NCBI RefSeq assembly: GCF_003945235.1
Contig: NZ_RSDW01000001.1
Span: 600,001-632,000 of the forward strand
DNA: 32,000 nucleotides
Source of the DNA: Edaphobacter aggregans
GTDB lineage: Bacteria > Acidobacteriota > Terriglobia > Terriglobales > Acidobacteriaceae
Reading direction: 5' to 3'
Part shown: positions 16,545 through 26,757 of the stretch, piece by piece
How the letters are laid out: the number at the start of each line of letters is the position of its first letter
How positions within the stretch are numbered: the first letter of the stretch is position 1
Made by a program: the position numbers and the translations under genes
Notes under the pieces: model-generated
Seen by the model: only the letters and a program-made list of their open reading frames with translations
What the model was told of the DNA's origin: nothing
Database searches by the model: none

Positions 16545-18331
16545 TGAATTTTCCGGAGAGCTTCAGCAATATTCCCGGGCGCGAGACGCTAGCACGCTCG
16601 CAGGTGCTAAAGCGCAGTTGGCCGGTGGTACTTGACCTATGCGTTGCAGGTATAGGGCTGGCGTGCTTCTATGCTGTCGTACGGATTGCGAACTACTGGT
16701 TTGGACATCCTGTTCCCGAGATTGTCATTTCACTTAGTCCGCGGGCACTGCCGCTATATGCCTTCTATTCGGTGGTTCGGATCGGACTGGCTTATTTATT
16801 GAGCCTTGTGTTTGCCGTGGGCTATGGCTATGTCGCCGCTTACAGCAAACGTGTCGAAGCACTGATGATTGCAGGGTTGGATATTCTGCAGTCAATTCCG
16901 GTGCTGAGTTTTTTGCCTGGCGTGATGCTGGCCATGGTGGCGCTGTTTCCGACGCGGCAAATCGGCGTGGAGATGGGAGCTATTCTGCTCATCTTCACCG
17001 GCCAAGTGTGGAATATGGCGTTCAGTTTCTACTCGTCGATCAAGAGCATTCCGCGTGAGTTGAGTGAGGCTTCAAGTATCTACAAGTTTTCACGGTGGCA
17101 ACGGCTGGTGCAACTGGAGCTTCCGTATGCTGCAATCGGGCTGGTGTGGAATTCGATGGTTTCGGTGGCGGGCGGGTGGTTTTTCCTAATGGCCTGCGAG
17201 ATGTTCGTTCTGGGGACGCGGGACTTCAGGCTTCCGGGCCTTGGGTCATATCTGCAGACGGCTGCGGGCACGGGGAACCTGACAGCCATCATGTGGGGAC
17301 TGTTGACGATGATAGCGATCATCGTCGCTACGGATCAGTTGATCTGGCGACCGGTGATTGCGTGGAGCGATAAGTTCAAGTTTGAGCAGGTGGAGAGTAC
17401 TGCCCGGGTGCGTTCTCCGTTGCTGCACTTGCTGCAGCACTCGCGTGCGCTTCAGGCGATAGAGAGAAGTACAGTGCGTCCTCTAAGCGAACGGATTTAC
17501 CGTAGTCTGGCCGAGGCACGGCAACACCGCGCGGCGAGGATGATGGCTGAGGACGCGACCTCGGACTCCGGCCGGGATGGAGTTGCGACATGGTTGCGAG
17601 GAGCTGTGCTACTGGCTATTGCGGTTGCGGTGGTGTATGCCGCGTTTCGTGCTTTGGGTCTGTTGCGACAGGTGCAGGGATCTGAATATATCCAGATTCT
17701 GAAGGGAGCATTTGCGACGTTTCTGCGGGTCAATGTATCGCTGCTGCTGGCCTCGGCGTGGACGATTCCTGCCGGGGTGGCGATTGGATTTCATCCCAGA
17801 TTGGCGCGCATTGCACAGCCGATTGCGCAGATCGCGGCCTCGGTTCCGGCTACTGCACTGTTCCCCGTCCTGCTGTTGGCGCTTGTGAGAATGGGCGGTG
17901 GACTCGGGATCGGCTCGATTGCGCTGATGATGCTGGGGACGCAGTGGTACATCCTATTCAACGTAATTGCGGGGGCGATGGCGATTCCTTCCGATTTGAA
18001 GGAGGTGGCTACGCTGTTTCACTTTACGACGGCTCAGCGCTGGCGGACAGTGATTCTGCCGGGAATCTTTCCGTTTTTGATTACGGGATTGGTGACTGCT
18101 TCGGGTGGAGCTTGGAATGCGAGCATCATCGCGGAGTATTTTCATCTAAAGAATCAGACGCTGCAGACGGTGGGGCTGGGTGCCCAGATCAGTGCTGCAA
18201 CCGATAGTGGACAGTTTCAGATTCTGTTGCTGGCGACGATCGTGATGGCTCTGATGGTAGTGACTATCAACAGACTGGTGTGGCGGCCGCTGTATCGACT
18301 GGCTGAGACCCGGTATAAGCTCGGAGGTTGA
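16544..18331 (+). CDS. ABC transporter permease with two fused BPD_transp_1-like halves
   Basis: About 595 aa and many TM segments. Two homologous halves are joined by a charged linker (RSLAEARQHRAARMMAEDATSDSGRDG). The start overlaps the ATPase stop (GTGATGA: GTG 16541 or ATG 16544). Confidence 0.85.
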   Translation: MNFPESFSNIPGRETLARSQVLKRSWPVVLDLCVAGIGLACFYAVVRIANYWFGHPVPEIVISLSPRALPLYAFYSVVRIGLAYLLSLVFAVGYGYVAAYSKRVEALMIAGLDILQSIPVLSFLPGVMLAMVALFPTRQIGVEMGAILLIFTGQVWNMAFSFYSSIKSIPRELSEASSIYKFSRWQRLVQLELPYAAIGLVWNSMVSVAGGWFFLMACEMFVLGTRDFRLPGLGSYLQTAAGTGNLTAIMWGLLTMIAIIVATDQLIWRPVIAWSDKFKFEQVESTARVRSPLLHLLQHSRALQAIERSTVRPLSERIYRSLAEARQHRAARMMAEDATSDSGRDGVATWLRGAVLLAIAVAVVYAAFRALGLLRQVQGSEYIQILKGAFATFLRVNVSLLLASAWTIPAGVAIGFHPRLARIAQPIAQIAASVPATALFPVLLLALVRMGGGLGIGSIALMMLGTQWYILFNVIAGAMAIPSDLKEVATLFHFTTAQRWRTVILPGIFPFLITGLVTASGGAWNASIIAEYFHLKNQTLQTVGLGAQISAATDSGQFQILLLATIVMALMVVTINRLVWRPLYRLAETRYKLGG

Positions 18332-18337
18332 GGCCGG

Positions 18338-18874
18338 CTATTGGGGTTTGACTGGTGGCTGTCGTTTGAAGGCGAAGATGATGGCTAGCAGGGGCGGGGC
18401 CAGCAGAACTCCCCAGAATGGAATGATGAGGCCGAGTACGATCGGGCCGAAGAAGGCTGCCCACCATGGGACCCTCGTTGTACGATGCAGGACGTAAGGG
18501 CCGATGACCAGGCCTTCCAGAATTGCGATGAGGCCATAGAGACCAAGCACCAGTCCTAAGCGCCACTCGTCGTGTCCGCTGAAGGCTACGGCGAGAACCG
18601 GGCCGATGAGGGCAATCATGCTGCCGAAGGTGGGGATGATCTGAAGTATCCCTCCCAATAGCGCCCACATCGGAGCGAGAGGGACGCCGATGAGTTCGAG
18701 GCCGATGAGCCAGAGTACGCCGACAATGAGAGCGTCCAAAATGGCTGCTCGCCACCAGTTCATCAGTGCGCTGCCGGCTGTCCGGAAGGGAGATTCGGGC
18801 CGTCCCATACGGCTGTTCGTATTGTTCTCTGTGTCCATATGGAATCCATACCACTGCGAATCATTGTGGTGCAT
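18338..18874 (-). CDS. AI-2E (PerM/YdiK) family transporter-like protein, C-terminal half only
   Basis: LIGVPLAPMWALLGGILQIIPTFGSMIALIGPVL...LEGLVIGPYVLHR matches the conserved C-terminal TM region of AI-2E transporters. It is only about 165-178 aa, against roughly 350 aa for typical members. The start is uncertain (18874 or 18838). Confidence 0.6.
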   Translation of the reverse strand: MHHNDSQWYGFHMDTENNTNSRMGRPESPFRTAGSALMNWWRAAILDALIVGVLWLIGLELIGVPLAPMWALLGGILQIIPTFGSMIALIGPVLAVAFSGHDEWRLGLVLGLYGLIAILEGLVIGPYVLHRTTRVPWWAAFFGPIVLGLIIPFWGVLLAPPLLAIIFAFKRQPPVKPQ

Positions 18875-18977
18875 CTGAATGGCTGAAGACAGTGCACATT
18901 GGCTACAGGCATCAGTTTGATTCTACTGGCGTGATGTGCGGGTGGCTGTCCATCGAGCGAAATGGAGAACAAACGAG

Positions 18978-20315
18978 ATGGCTGTGATGATGCAGGCTTT
19001 TTACTGGGATGCGCCTATCCAAGAAAAGAAAGAGGGCGAATGGTGGAATCATATCGCCGAAAAGGTGGAGGATCTTGGTAAGGCGGGTGTGAATGCACTG
19101 TGGTTACCGCCGGTTTCGAAGGCTTCTGACAATCGGTCGAATGGATATGACCCGTATGACTATTTCGATCTTGGCGACTATGACCAGAAGGGTGGAACCA
19201 AGACGCTGTACGGGAATCGGGCCGAGCTTGAGGCCCTGATTGCGAAAGCTCATGCGAACAATATCGGCCTGTATGCCGACATGGTGATCAATCACAACTC
19301 CGGCGCAGATGAGGAAGAGACGAATCCCCTGGATGGTCAGAAACGATGGACGAAGTTTAAGCCGAAGAGTGGACGATTCCCGCGAGACTGGAATTGTTTT
19401 CATCCAAGCCGGTATGAAGAGTTCATGATTGAGGGGGAGAACTATGCGGGATTTCCGCACCTCTGTCATCGAAATCCTCTGGTCTATGCAGCGATGTACG
19501 ACTATGCGCGCATGCTGATTGAGGAATTGGGATTTGATGGGTTTCGCTTCGATTTTGTGAAGGGCTTCGGTGCCTGGATGATTGGCAGGCTGGCCAAGTA
19601 TCGATATGTCAAGGACGGTGCCGAATTTACTCCATATGTGGTGGGGGAGTATTGGTCAGGCACGGAGGATATCGATGCGTGGCTGGAACACGTGAATCAG
19701 TTGACGGATAACCAGATTGCAGCGTTCGACTTCCCTCTACGCTACAAGCTGAAGGATGTGTGCGATACGCCAAACTATGATCTCCGCAATCTTACGGATG
19801 GAGGAGCGGTAGTCATGAAGCGGCCTCTGCATGCTGCGACGTTTGTCGACAACCACGATATGGGTGACAACGTCATCGTCAACGACAAGATGATGGCTTA
19901 CTCATTCATCATGGTGCATGAGGGGTATCCCTGCATCTTCTGGTACGACTACTACAACAACGGGCTGGCGCGGCCGGGTACGCCGAATGGTATCGATGCG
20001 CTGATTAAGGCGCATGATAAATACGCCGGTGGTGACTCGGAGATTCTTCATGCCGATCCGGACCTGTACATCATGCAGCGTGTGGGATGGAAGGACGAGA
20101 AGGCCGAGCAGGCGGGGCTTATTTACGTGCTGAACAATCTGGGGGACAAGTGGTCGGGGACGTCCGTTAAGACCAAGTGGCCGAACCAGAAGTTTGCACC
20201 GATTGCGTGGGATGGGCATGACACAGCGCTCCCGGATGAACGAACAACAGACGGCGAGGGCAATGCCGAGTTCCCTGCTCCGCCGCGAGGGTTCGCAATC
20301 TACGCTCCGGTTTAG
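18978..20315 (+). CDS. Alpha-amylase, GH13 (archaeal/plant-like subfamily), no signal peptide
   Basis: ATG 18978 has GGAGA 9 nt upstream. Motifs: MQAFYWD, GVNALWLPP, GYDPYDYFDLG, DMVINHN, GFRFDFVKG, FVDNHD (GH13 regions I-IV). Confidence 0.85.
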   Translation: MAVMMQAFYWDAPIQEKKEGEWWNHIAEKVEDLGKAGVNALWLPPVSKASDNRSNGYDPYDYFDLGDYDQKGGTKTLYGNRAELEALIAKAHANNIGLYADMVINHNSGADEEETNPLDGQKRWTKFKPKSGRFPRDWNCFHPSRYEEFMIEGENYAGFPHLCHRNPLVYAAMYDYARMLIEELGFDGFRFDFVKGFGAWMIGRLAKYRYVKDGAEFTPYVVGEYWSGTEDIDAWLEHVNQLTDNQIAAFDFPLRYKLKDVCDTPNYDLRNLTDGGAVVMKRPLHAATFVDNHDMGDNVIVNDKMMAYSFIMVHEGYPCIFWYDYYNNGLARPGTPNGIDALIKAHDKYAGGDSEILHADPDLYIMQRVGWKDEKAEQAGLIYVLNNLGDKWSGTSVKTKWPNQKFAPIAWDGHDTALPDERTTDGEGNAEFPAPPRGFAIYAPV

Positions 20316-20374
20316 TGTGCTCTGGAGATGTCCTGGGCCGTTGGACGTGATGCGCCGAATGCTATTCTTAAGGC

Positions 20375-21073
20375 ATGAAATTTGGCGTTCTCGTGTTTCC
20401 GGGATCCAATTGCGACCATGATACTTACCATGTGGTCGAGGCGCTGGCAAAGCAGCCAGTGACGTATCTTTGGCACGCTTCGGAGGATCTTCAGGGCTGC
20501 GATGCGATCCTGGTGCCTGGCGGGTTTGCTTATGGCGACTACCTGCGGACGGGCGCGATTGCGAAGTTCGCTCCGGTGATGCAGTCGGTGGCGAAGTTCG
20601 CGAAGAGTGGTGGGTTGGTGTTGGGGATATGTAACGGATTCCAGATTCTGTGTGAGGCTGGGCTGTTGCCGGGTGCGCTGATGCGCAATGCAGGTCAGCA
20701 CTATATCTGCAAGCAGACTTATCTTCGCACTGAGACGACAGACTCTCCTTTTACGCATCCACTTTCGCGTGGACAGGTGCTCCAGATGCCGATTGGGCAT
20801 ATGGAGGGCAACTACTTCTGCGACGCCGATACGTTGGCTGCGCTGAAGCGGGATGATCGAATTGCGTTTCGTTATGTAACTGCGGATGGTGCGGTGACGG
20901 CTGGAGCGAATCCAAATGGGTCGCTTGAAAATATTGCCGGCGTGCTGAGCGAGGGGCGCAACGTATTGGGGATGATGCCGCACCCCGACCGGTCGAGCGA
21001 AGAGTTGCTTGGGTCGGCGGATGGACTGCTGCTGTTCAAGGCGATGGCTGAGTCGCTGGCAGCTGCACAGTAG
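20375..21073 (+). CDS. purQ: Phosphoribosylformylglycinamidine synthase, glutaminase subunit PurQ
   Basis: [25 protein letters not shown] (catalytic Cys), MPHPDR. Confidence 0.9.
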   Translation: MKFGVLVFPGSNCDHDTYHVVEALAKQPVTYLWHASEDLQGCDAILVPGGFAYGDYLRTGAIAKFAPVMQSVAKFAKSGGLVLGICNGFQILCEAGLLPGALMRNAGQHYICKQTYLRTETTDSPFTHPLSRGQVLQMPIGHMEGNYFCDADTLAALKRDDRIAFRYVTADGAVTAGANPNGSLENIAGVLSEGRNVLGMMPHPDRSSEELLGSADGLLLFKAMAESLAAAQ

Positions 21074-21095
21074 TATCGGTGGTAATCTAGCGACG

Positions 21096-21884
21096 ATGAT
21101 TGATATTCACCATCATCTTTTGTGGGGGCTGGACGATGGTGCTTCCGACTTAGAGACCTCATTGGCCATGGCGCGGATTGCGGCCAGGGATGGGATTACC
21201 CATATCGTCTGCTCGCCACATGCGAATGGGCAATATGTTTACGATCCTCCGGTTGTTTCCGAGAAGATCTTTGAACTGCAGCGCCTTCTGGATCAGGAGC
21301 GGGTTGCTCTGAGGCTCGGCCAGGGGTGCGACTTTCATATGAGCTACGAGAATATTCAGGAGGCCAAGGCTGAGCCGGGACGGTATAGCATCAACGGGCT
21401 GGGCTATCTGCTGGTCGAGCTTCCTGATTATGGTCTGCCACAAGGGCTGACGGAGGTTTTTTACCAACTACAGCTGGCTGGGTTGACCCCGATTCTGACG
21501 CATCCGGAGCGCAATCCTACGCTGCAAGCTGACCAGAAGCGCCTAGTAGATTGGCTGCGGGGCGGGGTTCTGGTGCAGGTGACAGCCGGCGCCGTTCTGG
21601 GCAAGATGGGTAAGGCGGCGGAGAAGATGGCGCATCAGCTTCTGGCGAACCGATGGGTCCACTTTCTGGCGACCGACGCACATAATGTGACCTCTCGTCC
21701 GCCCAGGATGCGTGAGGCGTTCGATATTGTCGCGGAGAAGTATGGGCCGGACTATGCCCATCTGCTGTGCGTCTCGAATCCTTTGGCCGCTTTCATGGGT
21801 AAGCCCATGCCTGAGCAACTGGAACCGCTGAATCTGTATTTGGACTCCCCGGGCAGGAGCTGGTGGCGTCGATTGATTGGGTGA
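21096..21884 (+). CDS. PHP-family protein-tyrosine phosphatase (CpsB/YwqE type)
   Basis: MIDIHHHLLWGLDDGA N-terminus, CSPHA, THPERN, ATDAH metal-binding motifs. The start is taken at ATG 21096, because the longer ORF from 21009 overlaps purQ. Confidence 0.8.
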   Translation: MIDIHHHLLWGLDDGASDLETSLAMARIAARDGITHIVCSPHANGQYVYDPPVVSEKIFELQRLLDQERVALRLGQGCDFHMSYENIQEAKAEPGRYSINGLGYLLVELPDYGLPQGLTEVFYQLQLAGLTPILTHPERNPTLQADQKRLVDWLRGGVLVQVTAGAVLGKMGKAAEKMAHQLLANRWVHFLATDAHNVTSRPPRMREAFDIVAEKYGPDYAHLLCVSNPLAAFMGKPMPEQLEPLNLYLDSPGRSWWRRLIG

Positions 21885-21948
21885 TATTCCTCCTCTCATT
21901 GATAATGGTTTATTTAGACTTTTAGCTTTTGTTTACTTAAAGATAAAG

Positions 21949-21985
21949 TCCCCGGTTTGGGCCGGGGATTATTGCTTCTATTTCT
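21949..21985. terminator. Hairpin terminator inside an AT-rich island
   Basis: TCCCCGG (21949-21955) / CCGGGGA (21962-21968) with a 6-nt loop. A T-rich tail (TTATTGCTTCTATTTC) follows on the plus strand and CTTTATCTTT on the minus strand. Confidence 0.55.
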
Positions 21986-22170
21986 AGTATAGAGTTTGGC
22001 GAGGTATTAATGCCACTTCTATATCATTGATTGACAATGGCTTAAGCGGGTATGGGGCTTGACAAGTTTTAGAGCTCTCGAAAACGATGGGATTAGCCTT
22101 GTAGAGAAGCGGTTTGTCCGCTCCGATCGAACTGACAGGTTTGGGGTCGTGGTCTTCAAAGACAAAAACA

Positions 22171-22223
22171 GACCCCTCCGGGATGACAACAAGAAAGGCA
22201 ACAACGGCAACGACGAGAACGGC
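22171..22223. repeat. Second, partial copy of modules from the 3900-4160 repeat array
   Basis: GACCCCTCCGGGATGACAACAAGAA aligns with GATCCCCTTCGGGGATGACAAACAAGAA (4083-4110) apart from a few single-nucleotide indels. The adjacent GGCAACAACGGCAACGACGAG shares ACAACGGCAAC with 4061-4073. Confidence 0.5.
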
Positions 22224-22241
22224 TGAGATGACGAGTTTAGG

Positions 22242-22970
22242 TTAGAGGCCTAGACCGCCGTCAACAGTGAGGAGTTGTCCGGTGATAAAGGTGGGGGCTG
22301 TGGCGAAGAAGAGGGCGGCGGCAGCTACGTCAGCTGCTGTTCCGTTTCGCTGCATGGGGGTCTTGTGGATGAAGTGCTCGTAGGCTTCGTTGATCTCGCC
22401 CTGGACGATCATCCCGGGAGCGACGCAGTTGACGCTGATATGCGGCGCCCAAGCCTTGGCCATCGTCTGGGAGAGCATGTGCAAGGCCGCTTTAGAGGTG
22501 CAGTAGTGGCCGTGGGTGGCCCAGGGGTGTGAACCGCCGAGTGAGCCTATGTTGATGATGCGTCCACCGACTGCGCGGAGGTGAGGGTAGGCTGCTCTGG
22601 CCATCAGGAAGGGCGCGCGCGCGTTGGTGGCGAACATCGCATCCCATCGTTCGACGGAGATCTCTTCGAGGGCGGCAGATTCGAAGACGCCAGCATTATT
22701 CACGAGGATGTCGAGGCGACCGAATTCTTCCACTACGGCTGCTACGGTCTCGTCGATGCTTTGGGGGTCGTGGAGATCGCAGCGGACGGCAAGTGCGTCG
22801 ACGTCATGTGCGGCAAGATCGCGGATGGTGGACTCGGCCTCGGACTGCGAGCAGAGATAAGTGATAGCTATATTAGCCCCACTCTCCGCGAGAGAGAGGG
22901 CGATGGCACGGCCAATGCGCTTGGCCGCTCCGGTGACGAGCGCAGTCTTACCTGTGAGGGGCCGTGTCAT
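22242..22970 (-). CDS. SDR family oxidoreductase (pteridine-reductase-like TGAAKRIGRAIA motif)
   Basis: TGAAKRIGRAIA cofactor motif, NNAG, and the YCTSK catalytic Y-x3-K. Confidence 0.8.
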   Translation of the reverse strand: MTRPLTGKTALVTGAAKRIGRAIALSLAESGANIAITYLCSQSEAESTIRDLAAHDVDALAVRCDLHDPQSIDETVAAVVEEFGRLDILVNNAGVFESAALEEISVERWDAMFATNARAPFLMARAAYPHLRAVGGRIINIGSLGGSHPWATHGHYCTSKAALHMLSQTMAKAWAPHISVNCVAPGMIVQGEINEAYEHFIHKTPMQRNGTAADVAAAALFFATAPTFITGQLLTVDGGLGL

Positions 22971-22977
22971 CGTTTGA

Positions 22978-23526
22978 TTATTGGTTCGGCGCGGGCTTTG
23001 CAGGTTGTGTTGAAGGGGTTGTCTGGCTGGCCGGCGGGGTCTGCCTCTCTGGCTCCTGTACGCCGGGTTTGCGGGTAGATACCTTGCCCGAGTTGTCGAC
23101 GTAGGAGGAGACCTGTTCCTGCGGACGAATCATGGAGACCTGGATCTCCCGGTTGGACTCGTCGATCTGGTAATCCTCGGCGAACGTGGCGAAGCCGTTG
23201 GCGATGATCTGGACGCGAACCACGCTGCCGGTAGGAATGATGTCTACGATCGCCTTTCCGTCCGGATCGGTCTTGACCTCAAGACTGCCTTCGTCCTTGC
23301 CGTCCTTGGAGGGGTTAAGGATGACGGCGGCATTCTGGATGGGCTTGCCGTTGGACTTTTTGGTGACCTGGATTTCGATGTGCGAGGTAGCCGGTGGCGC
23401 CTTGTACTTGCGGCCACGGTTGACAGGCTTGTCCTGCCCCATAGCCGGCCAGGAAGAGAGGAGCACGATACCCAAGATAACGACGAGGTGGAACCAGATA
23501 GAACGACGCGACAGCATGGATAACAT
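22978..23526 (-). CDS. Small secreted hypothetical protein (beta-sandwich / CarboxypepD_reg-like core, Pro/Thr/Gln-rich tail)
   Basis: Signal peptide MLSMLSRRSIWFHLVVILGIVLLSSWPAMG. Core IQNAAVILNP...VKTDPDGKAIV...VRVQIIANGF. The stop lies 8 nt before the SDR start. The ORF-track start at 23562 is a TTG. Confidence 0.55.
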   Translation of the reverse strand: MLSMLSRRSIWFHLVVILGIVLLSSWPAMGQDKPVNRGRKYKAPPATSHIEIQVTKKSNGKPIQNAAVILNPSKDGKDEGSLEVKTDPDGKAIVDIIPTGSVVRVQIIANGFATFAEDYQIDESNREIQVSMIRPQEQVSSYVDNSGKVSTRKPGVQEPERQTPPASQTTPSTQPAKPAPNQ

Positions 23527-23706
23527 TCTACGACGATCTGGACGGAATGCAGCAGCAAACAAAGGGCTCGGAGGATAGGGCAGAGCAGTTGACGATGAAA
23601 CCGTAGGCAGGTTTCGATCGAATTCGCGGTTTTATGGGTGGGAAAAGAAAATGGCGGCAAAAACGGGATGCTTGCGTGACTTTCACTCACATTTCACGGA
23701 GACGGG

Positions 23707-23735
23707 TTGACAGGGAGGAACGGGTGGCCTATCGT
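23707..23735 (+). promoter_or_regulatory. Putative sigma-70-type promoter of groESL
   Basis: TTGACA (23707-23712), a 17-nt spacer, then TATCGT (23730-23735). It abuts the CIRCE operator. Confidence 0.4.
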
Positions 23736-23761
23736 TAGCAATCGGAAGGCTAGAGTGCTAA
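23735..23761. promoter_or_regulatory. CIRCE operator (HrcA binding site)
   Basis: TTAGCAATC-N9-GAGTGCTAA against the consensus TTAGCACTC-N9-GAGTGCTAA (one mismatch), located upstream of groES. Confidence 0.85.
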
Positions 23762-23931
23762 CGACCGTGAGCTTTGAGCTGTGAGCCCTGGGCCAAAGGG
23801 TTCCAAGGCGGCGGTTGGCGAATTCCACCAACTTCTTTGTGGCTTGACCTGGCGTACGTGGCCCGAGCTTGCCGCGCAAGAGAAACGCGGACGATCTTCG
23901 TCTGCCAAATCGCACTAAGGAGATGTAAGCA

Positions 23932-24231
23932 ATGGCGACAACATCATTTACACCACTGCACGACCGGATTCTGGTTCGTCGCGTGGAAGAGGGCGAAAGC
24001 ATTCGTGGCGGCATCATCATTCCTGATTCCGCAAAAGAGAAGCCGCAGCAGGGCGAGGTCATCTCGGTCGGCAAGGGCAAGTCGAACGACGAGGGCAAGG
24101 TGTTCCCGCTCGACGTGAAGGCCGGCGACAGCATTCTGTTTGGCAAGTACTCGGGTACGGAGATCAAGCTCGATGGCGAAGAGTTCCTGATCATGCGCGA
24201 GGAAGAAGTCCTCGGAATCCTCAAGAAGTAG
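23932..24231 (+). CDS. groES: Co-chaperonin GroES
   Basis: 99 aa. [15 protein letters not shown]...[25 protein letters not shown] upstream. Confidence 0.95.
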   Translation: MATTSFTPLHDRILVRRVEEGESIRGGIIIPDSAKEKPQQGEVISVGKGKSNDEGKVFPLDVKAGDSILFGKYSGTEIKLDGEEFLIMREEEVLGILKK

Positions 24232-24301
24232 GCACTTCGTGCCGTGTACCGCGGCTTCGCCGCATAATCGGCGCTTCGGGCGCCTCACAATTCAACTTTG
24301 A

Positions 24302-26432
<2,131 letters not shown>

Positions 26433-26615
26433 CTATCCTGCTCGGGGTTGTTCTCTGAGGTGGACTGGCTCGTTCATGGTAAAGCGGTGGTCTGCGTGGC
26501 TTTAGCTTATGGCTACTTGGCCTTCGTGTAGCGGTTGTTGGCAACGGGAAAAGCCTTTTGTCACCCCTAGTCTTTCGGAGATCAAATTTTTGCCAAACAA
26601 ATGTGTTTTTCATAC

Positions 26616-26643
26616 TTGACAATTGTGTAGAGGCTCTCATAAC
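26616..26643 (+). promoter_or_regulatory. Possible promoter of the TonB-dependent receptor gene
   Basis: TTGACA (26616-26621), a 16-17 nt spacer, then CATAAC/ATAACG. The palindrome ACAATTGT overlaps the -35 element. Confidence 0.25.
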
Positions 26644-26757
26644 GTACGCGGCCAGGGGAAAGCGTATGGATGCGCGCGTTTCCTAAGAGCAGCTTGTGTT
26701 GGGGGAGGTGAAGCTGCCATTTGATTTGGGTCCCCTGAGCGATTAGGAGGCACGAAA

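Noticed and set aside
18267-18854. 195-aa Arg/Pro-rich minus ORF overlapping the AI-2E-like gene in another frame
   Set aside because: This is an off-frame translation. The alternative frame gives coherent TM helices with AI-2E motifs.
20375-21073. purQ without adjacent purS or purL, considered as a possible rearrangement signal
   Set aside because: Dispersed pur genes are common in many phyla. The gene itself looks intact, with the catalytic Cys/His motifs, and no junction scars are visible.
22019-22210. 63-aa minus ORF in the long convergent spacer
   Set aside because: It has no SD, overlaps the repeat module and is of low complexity. The region is treated as non-coding or a possible sRNA locus instead.
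23768-23788. Tandem heptads TGAGCTT TGAGCTG TGAGCCC upstream of groES share the 10-mer GCTTTGAGCT with tandem CTTTGAG CTTTGAG at 26020-26033 downstream of groEL
   Set aside because: A shared 10-mer is expected many times by chance in 32 kb. The surrounding sequence does not align. This is not enough to claim flanking repeats around groESL.
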